Source of the DNA: Octopus vulgaris
Taxonomy: Eukaryota
Direction of reading: 5' to 3'
Assembly: GCA_951406725.2 (NCBI GenBank)
Contig: OX597816.1
Span: 79,236,001 to 79,300,000, forward strand
DNA: 64,000 nucleotides
A program made the translations under genes and the position numbers. The notes under the pieces are model-generated. The model was not told where the DNA came from and did no database searches. It saw only the letters and a list, made by a program, of their open reading frames with translations. This document shows positions 37,922 to 50,949 of this stretch, piece after piece. Each line of letters opens with the position of its first letter. Position 1 is the first letter of the stretch.

Positions 37922-38795
37922 CTATGTTTGACTTTTGCTTTATGTCTGTATAAGTTGGCTCCAAGTCTCACCCAGAGACCTCAAGAGACAACAGGTTGGA
38001 AGTTCATGTTGTTGTTATGCCTAGTGTGCCATATATTTGATTTCTTTTTTGTGTTGTACTAGTGAATGTCTAATACATAAAATAAAAAAATAAAGTTTGT
38101 TTTAAACCTTGGGATTACATTGAGAGTATTTTGTGTAGGATATGAGCAGTTCCCATGAGCACTATCTTTTGAATTTCTGCCATTTTGGGGTTTCCTGGTA
38201 TCTGAGTTAGGTAGCAATCAGCCCCTTTCGCTATCATTCCCAGGGCACCTATGACAACAGGTATTGTTTTAGTCTTCAGCTTCCACATTTTGCTGATTTC
38301 TATTTCAAGATCTTTATATTTGCTCAGTTTTTGGTAGATCTTGACAGATACGTTTATATCGATTGGGACAGTCATATCAATGAGGAGGCATGTTCTTTGT
38401 CTGAAGTCTTTCAATATGATGTCTGGCCTATTTGCATCTATCTTCCTGTCAGTTTGAATGGTGAAGTTCCAGAGGAGTGAGATGTGGTCATTTTCAAGCA
38501 CTGGAGGTGGATTGTGTTCCCACCAGTTTTTTTCATTGGGAAAATCCAGGTTTTTGCAAATTACCCAGTGAATATATTGTGCAGCTCTATCATGCCTGTT
38601 GAGGTACTCTGTAGGCGCTAGAAGACTGCATTTTGAGACAACATGATCAATGGTTTTATTTTGTTGTCGGCATACACAACATGTTGAGCTACTGCCGTTC
38701 TTTAATATGTTGGCCTGGTAGTTTCTTGTTGGTAGGCATTGATCTTGAGCTGCTATGATAAACCCTTCTGTTTCAGATTTTAAGCCAGAGGCCAT
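37922..38795 (-). mobile_element. R4/Dong-clade RLE 3' fragment; open C-terminal ORF 38115-38795; 3' end abuts (TAA)n
   Basis: ETEGFIIAAQDQ, RHDRAA, RPDIILKD, LIDMTVP, KLSKYKDL. Confidence 0.9.
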
Positions 38796-38798
38796 TAG

Positions 38799-38903
38799 CC
38801 ATCATCATCATCATCATCATCATCATCGTCATCATCAACACCACCACCACCACCACCACCACCACCACCATCATTATCATCAACACCACCACCACCACCA
38901 CCA
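38799..38903. repeat. (CAT)n/(CAC)n microsatellite
   Basis: Direct reading. Confidence 0.95.
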
Positions 38904-39499
38904 CTGTGTGACATCTTGGCAAGAGTTTCCTACAATAACCTCAGGCCAACCAATGCCTTGTAAGTGGATTTGGTAGATGAAAACTGAAAGAAGCCTGCCA
39001 ATATACATACGTACATACATGATGATATATATAAAATAATATAAATGATATATATATATATATGCATATATACTTACGTATATATACACACATCTATACA
39101 TATATATTTATATATATATGAAATTATATAAATAATATATATATATATATATATGCATGTATGCTTACATATATTTACACACATCTATACATACATACAT
39201 ACATACATATATATATATGCATCATCATATGCATACAGGAACAAAGACTAATAACAGCAAAAAAAAAAGATTTTCTCAGTTATAAATCATTGGCTAAAAT
39301 ACAGGTTTCAGGATATATTGCAATTTGTATGAGTCACCAGTAAAAATCCCAGTGTTGTGATGAATGCATAAAGAAACCAGTCTCAGTGCTGGGAGTGCTT
39401 CTTTTCTTTCTTTCTTATTTTCTCTCAATGCTATAATAAATTTTATAACCACCAAAACAAACTGTGGAAATCAGTAAGTCTAAACACAAGACAACTACA

Positions 39500-39853
39500 A
39501 AAGCTCCAGCGTCTGGCGATGGACTTGGTAAACACCCACAAGGTTATCAACCACCTCACCAACAACAACACTGAACACCTTTTTGATCTCCATGTGTCTA
39601 ACACACGTGGACATGCCTACAAAGTCAGAAAACAGCACAGCTCCCATGACTTTCGGAAACATTTTTTCACGCTCAGGGTTGCTGAAGCGTGGAATAAACT
39701 GCCTGCATCAGTTGTTGACTGCCATGACACTGCATCCTTTAAGGCCCTCATGCTTCCCGAAATCCGTCGAAACTACACCTGATTATATATACACTTTAGA
39801 TGAGTTGTAGTGCACCTGAGCACTGTACACAATTATTATTATTATTATTATTA
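39500..39853 (+). mobile_element. CR1-clade LINE 3' fragment with (ATT)n tail
   Basis: TRGHAYKV...FRKHFFTLRVAEAWNKLP. Confidence 0.85.
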
Positions 39854-40131
39854 TAAAGTAATACAAAGAAAATAGTGATATGTGTCCGTGACTGTGTGGT
39901 AAGAAGCTTGCTTCCCAACCACATAGTTCCAGGTTCAGACCCACTGTGTGACATCTTGGCAAGAGTTTCCTACAATAACCTCAGGCCAACCAATGCCTTG
40001 TAAGTGGATTTGGTAGATGAAAACTGAAAGAAGCCTGCCAATATACATACGTACATACATGATGATATATATAAAATAATATAAATGATATATATATAGG
40101 CATATATACTTACGTATATATACACACATCT

Positions 40132-40162
<31 letters not shown>

Positions 40163-40196
40163 TGAAATTATATAAATAATATATATATATATGCAT

Positions 40197-40528
40197 CGCA
40201 TGGCTCAGTGGTTAGAGTGTCGAGCTTACGATCGTGAGGTTGTGAGCTCGAATCCCGGACCAGGCTGCGTGTTGTGTTCTTGAGCAAGACACTTTATTTC
40301 ACGTTGCTCCAGTTCACTCAGCTGTTGAAATGAGTTGCGACGTCACTGGTGCCAAGCTGTATCGACCTTTGTCTTTCCCTTGGATAACACTGGTGGCGTG
40401 GAGAGGGGAGGCCGGGATGCATGGGCGACTACTGGTCTTCCATAAAACAAACTTGCCCAGACTTGTGCCTCAGAGGGTAACTCTCTAGGTGCAAACCCAT
40501 GGTCACTCATGACCGAAGGGGGTCTTTT
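40197..40528 (+). mobile_element. tRNA-derived SINE (family 3, CORE-like body)
   Basis: TGGCTCAGTGGTTAG A-box, GCTCGAATCC B-box, TTCTTGAGCAAGACACTT; absent from the paralogous site near 39160. Confidence 0.8.
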
Positions 40529-40576
40529 ACTTACATATATGTACACACATCTATACATACATACATATATATATAT

Positions 40577-40639
<63 letters not shown>

Positions 40640-40971
40640 TGCATATGTGGGCACAGGACGTCCTGAAATGTGTACAACAAACAGGAAGGACTGCTAAGCC
40701 TAAACAAGGAATGGTATCGAACGTGTAAATCAAGCTTGGACAAGAGAGAGACAAGAACATGTCTTCCTTGTTCCTGCTACAATGGAGAGAAAGAAAGAAA
40801 CACAAGTTAGGAGAAAGAAAGATGGGTGATGGTCATGTGGGAGCTATGTGAGCAAGAGAGGGAGAGTGACAGAGTAATAGGATAGAACAGTGGGAGAAGA
40901 GGAGGTAAAAGAATAAAAGTGAATGTTACGCATCCTCTTCCTAGTAAGTTTTATCTATATCTATCTATCTA

Positions 40972-41011
<40 letters not shown>

Positions 41012-41385
41012 TAGGCTGTGTGGTAAGTAGCTTGCTTACCAACCACATGGTTCCAGGTTCAGTCCCATTGCGTGGCACCTTGGGCAAGTGTCTTTTACTA
41101 TAGCCTCGGGCCGACCAAAGCCTTGTGAGTGGATTTGGTAGACGGAAACTGAAAGAAGCCTGTTGTATATATGTATATATATATGTATGTGTGCGTGTGT
41201 GTTTGTGTGTCTGTGTTTGTCCCCCTAGTATTGCTTGACAACCGATGCTGGTGTGTTTATGTCCCCGTCACTTAGGGGTTCGGCAAAAGAGACCGATAGA
41301 ATAAGTTACGGGTCGAGTTGCTCGATTAAAGGTGGTGCTCTAGCATGGCCGCAGTCAAATGACTGAAACAAGTGAAAGAGTAAAT
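41012..41385 (+). mobile_element. tRNA-derived SINE (family 2)
   Basis: Similar to 31705-32092. Confidence 0.85.
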
Positions 41386-41398
41386 ATATATATACATA

Positions 41399-41436
<38 letters not shown>

Positions 41437-42375
41437 TGATTGATTGATTCTAGTTTCAGCTCATGAGCTGTGGCCATGCTGGGGCACCGCCATTTATATA
41501 TATATATATAACACAAATACACATGCAAATATTACATTTCTAAGAATCCATTAAAAATCAACCCCAATCACAGCTATAACCCATAAAGTGCCAACTTTAA
41601 GTCATACAACACCTCACTACTCATTCATATTCTCCCTTCTTCTTCTTCTTCTTCTCCCCCCCCCCTCTACTTCCCTACCTTATTACTAATACTTTTTAGT
41701 ATAACACCTACACAAACCTTTCAATAGAAATATTTTCATGAGTTGAACAGCAGGAACTGCTAGCCACCAGTGACCAATGACAATCAAGGCAATCCCAAAT
41801 TCTTCCTCCCCTTCTCCCCTCCTCCTCCTCCTTCTTCTTCTTCCCTTCCAAGAATTCACATGGACCTTAAACCCACAAGAGCTATGCACATTTGTTTGTT
41901 TATGCCAATGTTAGTTTCCATAAGATTATGCAATGTTATGCAATTCTCAACTTGTCCAGCAAGCCATCAGTGACATGTTGATTAATCAACAAGTGAAATT
42001 TTTGATAAGAATTGCCAACATTTAAGAAATATAAAGTGGATGAGAATATAATTTGTCAATCATGTGGTAGGATAGCAGAATGAGGTTGTAAATTAACTAA
42101 TATTTGAAGGCATTTCTATTCTAAAGATGTTATTAGTTGAAGCGACATGATTAATAAGTTCTATCATTATTTATTCACTTACTTAATCCATCTTGATAAA
42201 AGTTTTTCCAGAAATTATTGCAGAATATTAGAATATTAAAATGAATTCATGGAGGTTCAGCTAATTATAATTCAAGGAAAATAATTGAAAGAAAACTGCA
42301 GCTTAGCAAAGGTCTCTGTGAAAATTCAGAAGGGACAGAGAGAAGAAAAAAAGAAACGAGAAAAAGAAATAATTA

Positions 42376-42658
42376 TGCATACATACATACATACATACAT
42401 ACATACATACATACATACATACATACATACATACATACACACACACACATACATACATACATACATACAAATATACATACATACATACATATATACATGC
42501 ATACATACATACATGCATACATACATGCATGCATTCATGCATGCATGCATGCATGCATGCATACATACCTGCATGCATACATACATACATACATACATAC
42601 ATACATACATACATACATAATACATACATACATACATACATGCATGCATGCATGCATG

Positions 42659-42724
<66 letters not shown>

Positions 42725-42732
42725 TACATACA
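42376..42732. repeat. (CATA)n/(CATG)n/(CA)n microsatellite
   Basis: Direct reading. Confidence 0.95.
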
Positions 42733-43054
42733 TGATATGTAACACACTGTCTAAACACCAATCTTGAGAAATTAGGCTTCTCAAAACCAGAAAGGAGAAA
42801 GCTGATTCGAAGATTACAAACCCAATCCATCACTGGAAGTAAAAAAATCTGTAAAACTTTCCAGAAGTTTATCTTTTAAGCATATATGAACATATCTAGA
42901 TATGCAAATATATGCATGAGAATACATACATAAAACAAAACATACAAATCTGCATGTATACATATATACATATAAAAATAAAATTGAATAATGACATACA
43001 TACAAACATACATACACATGCACTCCCCACACATACACACATACACATGCATAC

Positions 43055-44039
43055 ACATCATCATCATCATCATCGCTTAACATCCACTTTCCATGCTGGC
43101 ATGGATTAGGTTTGACTGTAACTGGTAAACTGGAGAGCTGCACAGGTTCCAGTCTGATTTGGCATAGTTTCTATGGGTGGATGCCCTTCCTAATGCCAAC
43201 CACTCCAAGTGTGTGATGGGTACTTTTCATGTGCCACTAATATAGGTGGCATTTACATGACACTGGCAACGATCACAATTATGATTTTATGGGTACCATT
43301 TACATAACATCAGCAACAGCCATGAATACTATTTCACTTGGCTTCATGAGCACAGCATATCACCAAATCAAGCGCAGCATATCACCAAAGGCTTTGGCCA
43401 CTGGTCATTGCCTCTGTGAGGCCCAACATTAGAAGATCACGCTTCACCACCACATCCCATGTCTTCCTGGGTCTACCTCTTCTATAGCTTCCCTCAACAG
43501 TGAGAGATTGGCACTTCCTTACACAGCTGTCCTTGTCCACATGCATCACATGACTATATCAGTTCATCCATCTCTCTTACACATTACATCTGATGCCTCT
43601 CATGCTCAGTTTTTCTCTCAAGAGATTTATGCTCTGTTGCACATGCACACTAACATTGCACATCATGTGAAGCATGCTAGCTTCATTTCTTTCAAGCCTT
43701 CATATGTCCTCTGTAGTCATGCAGGCATCATACTGTCTGCCTTTCATTCTGAGGGAGAGGCCCTTGGTTACCAATAGAGTTAGAAGCTCTCTGAACTTTG
43801 CCCAGCCTATTCTTATTCTAGTAGCTACACTCTCAGAGCATCCACCTCCACTGCTGACTTGGTCACTTTGATAATGGAAGCTATCAACTACTTCTAGGTA
43901 TCTCCCATGGCATTTGATGGGGTCTATTTTCTGTACATTTCTAGTGTTTAAATTACCTGTACATCTGTCACACACAAAGGCTTTTTTCCCTATTGGCCCT
44001 CCTCTGATATTGCTGCACCTCTAATGTATCCATTGTTTT

Positions 44040-44040
<1 letters not shown>
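43055..44040 (-). mobile_element. RTE LINE 3' fragment with UTR and (GAT)n tail
   Basis: DQVSSGGGCSESVATRIRIGWAKFRELL matches the RTE ORF. Confidence 0.88.
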
Positions 44041-44081
<41 letters not shown>

Positions 44082-44160
44082 GTACAAGTAAGCGCATAAA
44101 TGCAAACCAAGGTAGAAAAAATAGGACTCGAATACTCAAGGTAGAGTAATGTGCTTTTTT

Positions 44161-44302
44161 AATAAAGCTGCAAAAACATCACAAAAGAACTGTTACTCGG
44201 AGTTTTAAGCTCCTGTTTACTGGACAATTGTCATTACAACTGTCTGACAAACAGGAACATGAAACTGAGTAACAGTTTTTTGTGATGTTTTGCAGCTTTA
44301 AT
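44161..44302. repeat. Imperfect inverted repeat made of two degenerate hammerhead-like units
   Basis: TAAAGCTGCAAAAACATCACAAAAGAACTGTTACTC ... GAGTAACAGTTTTTTGTGATGTTTTGCAGCTTTA. Confidence 0.75.
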
Positions 44303-44349
44303 GAAAAATAGTTTATATATATATATTTTGTTTTTGTTTGTTTTTTGTT

Positions 44350-44558
44350 TTTCCAGTTTCAGCTCTTGAGCTGTGGCCATGCTGGGGCACCGCCATTGTG
44401 GTGAAAGAGTACAGCAGGGATCACCACCCCCTGCCGGAGCCTCGTAGAGCTTTTAGGTGTTTTCGCTCAATAAACACACACAACGCCCGGTCTGAGAATC
44501 GAAACCGCGATCCTGCGACCGCGAGTCCGCTGCCCTAACCACTAGGCCATTGCGCCTC
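44350..44558 (-). mobile_element. Short tRNA-derived SINE with a CR1-like tail
   Basis: Minus strand GGCGCAATGGCCTAGTGGTTAGGG...GTTTCGATTC head; tail matches 17983-18025. Confidence 0.8.
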
Positions 44559-44611
<53 letters not shown>

Positions 44612-45229
44612 GGGGGGAGACAGACAGAGGCAGAGAGAGAGAGAGACAGACAGAGGCAGATACACACACACACATGCATATATCTTCATGTGCCATAACT
44701 ACAGGTATCATGAATCTTCATGAACCTTCTTGCCCTTCTGTCCCACACATAATGTACCTTGTTATTGACTCACCCTTTCTGAAACCAGTTATAACCTAAT
44801 AAATGAGGATTTGCCCCTTATGTATCTTCTTCTCAATTCTTCCTTTTGCCCTTTGTTCTGAGTTCCTATCTTGGTCTCTATAAATTAGTATCTATGTTTA
44901 AATATTAAACTTGATTTGATTCATATAAATCACAGTGTTTATTATATATCTATTGTCTTCTACATTTTCCTTAAAACACAAAACCAGAAGTTACAGAATA
45001 TATAGAATATTTAAAAACCTTTTAATCAATCTTTAGCACATTTAATTTAACTAAAACCTGTTGGCTATTATACCACATGCCAACATAATCACACATACAG
45101 ATGCACACACATACACAGAGATAAACGCATACATACATACACGCAATAAACACAACTTACATTTGTTTAGAGTTGTTCATTGAGTATCATGATTATCATC
45201 TTGTGTGTCATTTGTAAATCTTTTGATGA

Positions 45230-47170
45230 CTGTAGATCTTAATGCACAGCTTTTGTTGCAGAATGAACATGGAAATATCTGCTTCCAACCAGATATTTCT
45301 ACAATGGTATGAATGCCTTTTTTCTCACTTTTTATACTGTTTCTGAGTCTGTTTTTACTTTATATGCCTTAAGTCCATCTCATACAATGTGACCACTAAA
45401 GTGAGACGCATGGAGTGATGTCTTCAGTTTTTAAAAGAGTAGCAATGCTTGAAATGCAAAATCCTGATATGTCAGGAAAAAGAAAAGGCCACAGCATGTC
45501 AGATGATTTTTGCCCTGTATTCTGACCAATCATATGACAGTTGTAGTTGTGTGATCACATGATTTTAATGGAAATTTCCATGCAGTTTTCTGCTAAAGTA
45601 TGGTTAAGAATTGTAAAAGTGTAAAAGAGACAGTGTAGTGTGTTATTAACAGATGACCATTCATTCATAAGTTGTAACAACTTTTAAAACAATGATCTGT
45701 AGATCTTCTGAAGTCTGAACTATTAGAACCAAGTTATCAGCTTACTGATGCTCAATAATCTATTGAAATCTAAAGTTAGTGATGGTCTGAAATCTTCTGT
45801 AATTGAAATCGTTCTCATAAAAGCAAAAGTGACTCCTACTTCCTTGGCCTTTCTTCTGTGTAACAGAATGGTCGTACATGAAACCATACAGAAACCAGAA
45901 GGCAACATTGCTAAATTCTTGTTTTTATACTGAATGGTTCGGATGTTTGCTCCCAACTACCCACGACATATACACTAAAGGAAATAGTGGAAGAAGTTCA
46001 TGAATTTGAACTGGTAACCAAACTCACAGGGATTTTCCCCAGAGAAATTCCCAGTTTATAGTGTCAAAAGTCTTTAGATTGTGGGTTGGTCCTTATAATG
46101 TCATTGGTATTTAAGTAGAAGGTCATGTTCATAGACAAAAATGACCACATTAAAGAATGTGTTTCCATACATTTATATTAAACATTTTGTGTATTATACA
46201 TGTATAAGGCATATTCATATTATAATGAAGTATATTGCTGCAAGGATGTAATACTTTAAGATTTACAATCTGTAAGATAAAAAACTGTTCAAGTTAAATC
46301 TGGTAGGTTACATGTATCCATTGCTATTAAATGAAATAAAAGACAATAAACCCCTTAAGTTGAAAGAATGCTGGGTGCATGTATGTTGACATTAAAACAC
46401 AAGGCTAATGTACCTTTGTCAAACTTGCATTTTCAATATATGTTATGTACTGACTAGAAGAAAGAGATGAGAGCAAATCTTCTGGAACAAAATGATGAGG
46501 TTGGTTCTGGTGTGGGGTTCAAATTTCCTGATTTTATAACCCAGCACAAGGCTTTCAACAACCTTCAAATCACAATGTGGCAGGCAGATTACATCACTTT
46601 TCCTTAATGTTTGCTGCCATTGACAATACATAGAAGCAGATGCTGATTGACCAGAAATGTTTACATTGGCATTTGGTTCTTTCAATGAGTCAGTCATGCC
46701 GTTTATACTGATATAAGGTTGTGGCTCTTAACTGGAAATCCAAGTGAAGTTGTTTAAGTGGAGGTAGGGTCTTGTTACAAGCATATCCACATATGAAATG
46801 AATTGGTCTTGATGTTGAATTTTGTATTTCCTCTAGATAATGTTCCTTATTTTTGACTTTTCAGAAGCTGCTTGGGATCACTAATTTAGTTTTTTTCCCT
46901 CTCATATTGATTGGACTAATCACTTGACCAAAACTCTGGAGAGGACCTTCTGGTAAAGACAGAAGTGATATAACTTTACTGATATAGCAAAGAAATTTGC
47001 TTCCCTTGCTTTTGTAGAAGTTGATGAAAATAGCACTCTTTGTTTGATCTGAAGATGAAGCAATCTTGTGCAGATGTAACCACCCACCTTCAATATCTTT
47101 AGTGAAATGTTATTCATTTCAGGCACAAACATACACACATAAATATAACATTTTATAGATCTCAGCATCA
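45230..47170 (-). mobile_element. Ancient, highly decayed RTE/BovB-like LINE
   Basis: Residual peptides PEMNNISLKILKVGG, FFAISVKL, KYKIQHQDQFISYVD and C-terminal FPCSFCNKSC in the expected order. Confidence 0.6.
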
Positions 47171-48069
47171 GAAACTAGCAAACTAGCTGCCTTTTTTACA
47201 GGAGGAATGGCAATATCTAAAACATTCCATAGTGTCAGAGATTGGTAGAGAAAAGAACAGAGAAATCACGTTCCATAGGTTGTAACAGTAGGAAGTTGTG
47301 TACCTAGATTTCTAATTATCTCAGCTAAGATTGGAGACTTATTTCAAATACTTCCAATGGACTCCCAAATACAAACGATGGTGTTAAACCAAACAATAAA
47401 TAAACTCTACCACACAAGAATAAATACTCTTATTTAACCAGTTCCACTCACAAGGTTGGATCAACGTAAAAGTTTATTGTACACTGTTCAGATTGCTGAG
47501 CAGTAAGATTGAACCTGGAGTAACTAGGATGAAACACAAAATACTTAAGCACATAACTATGTCTGAGCTCACAATTGTTAGATAACATACCACATACTCG
47601 GATATGCATCTGAATACAGCATGTACAGTCACACAGACAAAAGACATAGAAATATCCAGAGCATCATACACACTTATGTATACATACAGGGATTCATACA
47701 CATACACAAATATTTGAGCCCCACACCCAATGATGATAATGATATACAAGAATATACTTATACACACACAACAAAAACATCATTCATTTATCCAATTCCA
47801 AATATTCACACAGATCCTGTTATTCATTCACACAAAACAATACAAACATACCTATACAGTCATACAAATCAAAAGCTACAAAAGCATGAGGAAATACAAA
47901 ACTCTTTTTGAAATAAAGCTTTCTTATTGGCTGTGTTAAACATAATTTAGTCAGTGTTACATGTAAGAAGTAACTAGTCATTTGAAGATCATCAACAAGG
48001 TATGACATACTAAATTTTTACTTATCAAAACTAATGATATATTCTTGTAATTTCTTATTTTATGGTTTA

Positions 48070-48165
48070 CTAGCAATGCATCCCAGTGTTACCTGGGTGT
48101 TATGGCCTACAGCCACATTGTATTATTTATTCTTTTCTTATGGGCAGAATCAGTACACGAGGACT
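48070..48165 (-). mobile_element. Helitron-like 3' terminus
   Basis: Minus-strand hairpin CCCAG-gtaaca-CTGGG about 8 nt before CTAG|T. Confidence 0.55.
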
Positions 48166-48868
48166 CTGAAGCAAACAACTCATCTTTATAAACATGTTTC
48201 TCGGTCATTTTCTGATGAACAATGCTGCAGTTTCTGTCTACCAAATTCACTCACAATAGTTCTATGGTTGGCATAGAACTATAGTAGGAAACACTTGCCC
48301 AAGGTACCAGGCAGAGTGAACGAACATGGAACCATGTGGTTTGAAAGAAAACTTCTCAACCACTAAGTCATTCTTGCACCTAATATGTGTGTGTGTTTAC
48401 ATTTATTGTTAAATCGAATATTGTGTCCCACTATGCCTCAAAGTTAGCAATTTATCAAGCAGAGATCTATAAAATATATGCCAGATTGAAATACGTATTG
48501 ATGTCAGTAAGATCAATTAAATTTATGAAGGTAATACCCCATCAAGGCAACAGTTGAAAGACTAAACCCTGTAAAATAATGTTTAAAGACTTAATGGCTT
48601 CAAATTTAAGGTAATGGATTACTAACCACAAGATAATGAGTTCAAAACTTCATATGAAACTTCCACTCTATATATACATCTCTATATGTACATCTCAGTT
48701 TACTTGACTTCCAACAATTAACAAATATAATTTGAAGTTGAAAGGTTAGTAGTTAGAAAGCTGTCTATATTTAAAAAAAATTATTATGTAAAATATTCTG
48801 AGAAAAAGTATTTTCTCACCACAGCTAAACACACACACACACACACAGAGACTCTGTTTCATTATATA

Positions 48869-49219
48869 CTAGAAATGCATCCTGGCGTTGCCCGTGTGTT
48901 ATGACCTATAAGCACATTGTATTATTTGTTCCTTTCTTATGGGTAGTCAGCACAGCAGATATATAGTGAACTGGATTACTGGCATAATGAAAGTTATTGT
49001 TTGTTTAAAAAGTGAACTGGGGAGGGTACAATTTGCATGGGTTTGCATGAAAGTGCTTTCTGTTCTTAAGACTGGTCACAAACTATGTATTGTTTCATCA
49101 TATAAAAGGGAGTTAATACGATTTTGCCCAGAAATCATGTTTTCAAAATTTGAATTTTCCCTCGACCCCAATTTGTAACTTTTTGTGATTTTTTTTTTAT
49201 CCACATAGAAAAATATAGA
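48869..49219 (-). mobile_element. Short non-autonomous Helitron-like element
   Basis: Minus strand 5' TCTATA... and 3' imperfect hairpin plus CTAG|T; 3' 90 bp homologous to 48070-48165. Confidence 0.5.
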
Positions 49220-49300
49220 AATCTATCTTTCTATTTCTGCCTGTGTTTGAATTACTATGTGTGTATATGTATATTTACTCGCATATATATATCTTATAAC

Positions 49301-49344
<44 letters not shown>

Positions 49345-49349
49345 TAATA

Positions 49350-50036
49350 ATTTGGATTTGCCCAATGAAAAAAACTGGTGGGAACACAATCCACCTCCAG
49401 TGCTTGAAATGACCACATCTCACTCCACTGGAACTTCACCATTCAAACTGACAGGAAGATAGATGCAAATAGGCCAGACATCATATTGAAAGACTTCAGA
49501 CAAAGAACATGCCTCCTCATTGATATGACTGTCCCAATCGATATAAACGTATCTGTCAAGACCTACCAAAAACTGAGCAAATATAAAGATCTTGAAATAG
49601 AAATCAGCAAAATGTGGAAGCTGAAGACTAAAACAATACCTGTTATCATAGGTGCCCTGGGAATGATAGCGAAAGGGACTGATTGTTACCTAACTCAGAT
49701 ACCAGGAAACCCCAAAATGGCAGAAATTCAAAAGATAGTGCTCATGGGAACTGCTCATATCCTACGCAAAATACTCTCTATGTAATCCCAAGGTTTAAAA
49801 CAAACTTTTTTATTTTTATTTTTTATTTTATTTTTTATTTATTTTTTATTTATTTATTTATTTTTTAAAAAAATTATTTTTATGTATTAGACATTCACTA
49901 GTACAACACCAAAAAAATACCAAAAAAAAAAAAACCCCAAATATATGGCACAGAACTTCCAACCTGTTGTCTCTTGAGGTCTCTGGGTGAGATTTGGAGC
50001 CAACTTGTACAGACATAAAGCAAAAGTCAAACATAG
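49350..50036 (+). mobile_element. R4/Dong-clade RLE 3' fragment flanked on both sides by (AAT)n
   Basis: Near-identical to the reverse complement of 37922-38555. Confidence 0.9.
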
Positions 50037-50057
50037 AATAATAATGATAATAATAAT

Positions 50058-50632
50058 GCAGTATTGCCCTGATGCAGTACCAGACAGTGGCTCTCATGGC
50101 TTCTGATCTTAACTGATTGGAAATGTTATCATGTACATTATTTTGTTTTGATATAAAAGATGGGCTACAGCAAATATTCTGCTCAATACCACAGATTTAC
50201 TAGTCAGTTGTTTGACCGTAACCAGTTGACCATGTCCCTTTGTGGCTGACAATATGTGCATCTCTGATCATGAGCAGAAGTAGTGGGGGGCATCATAGCC
50301 ATGTGTTGAAAGGAATTCTTGGAGGGATGGCTAATTCACCTTTGGAAACATGGGTAGTTCATTCAACATCCTTAAACTATCCTTATTCAGGGACCTTTTG
50401 TGCAGGATGGGCTACTCGACCAGAAAAAAATCTTAACTGGGCCCCACCTGCAAGGTCATGCACTGTTTATCATGATATGAGATCACCATGTCGCGCACAT
50501 ATGGTTGTGATGCATGTGCCTGGTGTACCCTTATCAGACGGGTAGTCATGAAGAGTATACTGGGCTTCATATATTTTACCCCAGTGTCACTTTAATGGCA
50601 TGCACTGCTCTCTCACTGAATAATAATAATAA
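50058..50632 (+). mobile_element. Unclassified interspersed element ending in (AAT)n (possible LINE 3'UTR or SINE)
   Basis: Bounded by TAA repeats; no ORF. Confidence 0.35.
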
Positions 50633-50949
50633 TTGAATGCTGGATCAGGAGTGTAGCCAGCAGAAGGGGGTTCTGACAACGAATGAAAGCAAAATGGAAT
50701 GAGATAGGACTTTCGAAAATGCAAGAAGGGACTACACAATCAATTTTATGTAGCCACAATACACGTTGTTGGTAAATACAGGTGCGATTTGTTTATGAAA
50801 GGAAAATATTTGATAGCTGAAAAGAACGAAGAGAATGATACTGTAGGCTGCAGGTAGTAAACCTGCTACGCATGCAAAACTCCAGGGGCTCCAACAAAAC
50901 CTGTGATAAAGAGATGATGATAATAATGATAATAATAAACAATACGGAG

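Noticed and set aside
40197-40270. tRNA gene (also 44485-44558 and 31705-31775)
   Set aside because: A/B boxes are present but the cloverleaf is incomplete and followed by SINE bodies
41705-41800. Minus-strand hydrophobic peptide GIALIVIGHWWLAVP followed by GT as a coding exon
   Set aside because: Upstream sequence is a purine microsatellite rather than an acceptor; no homology recognised
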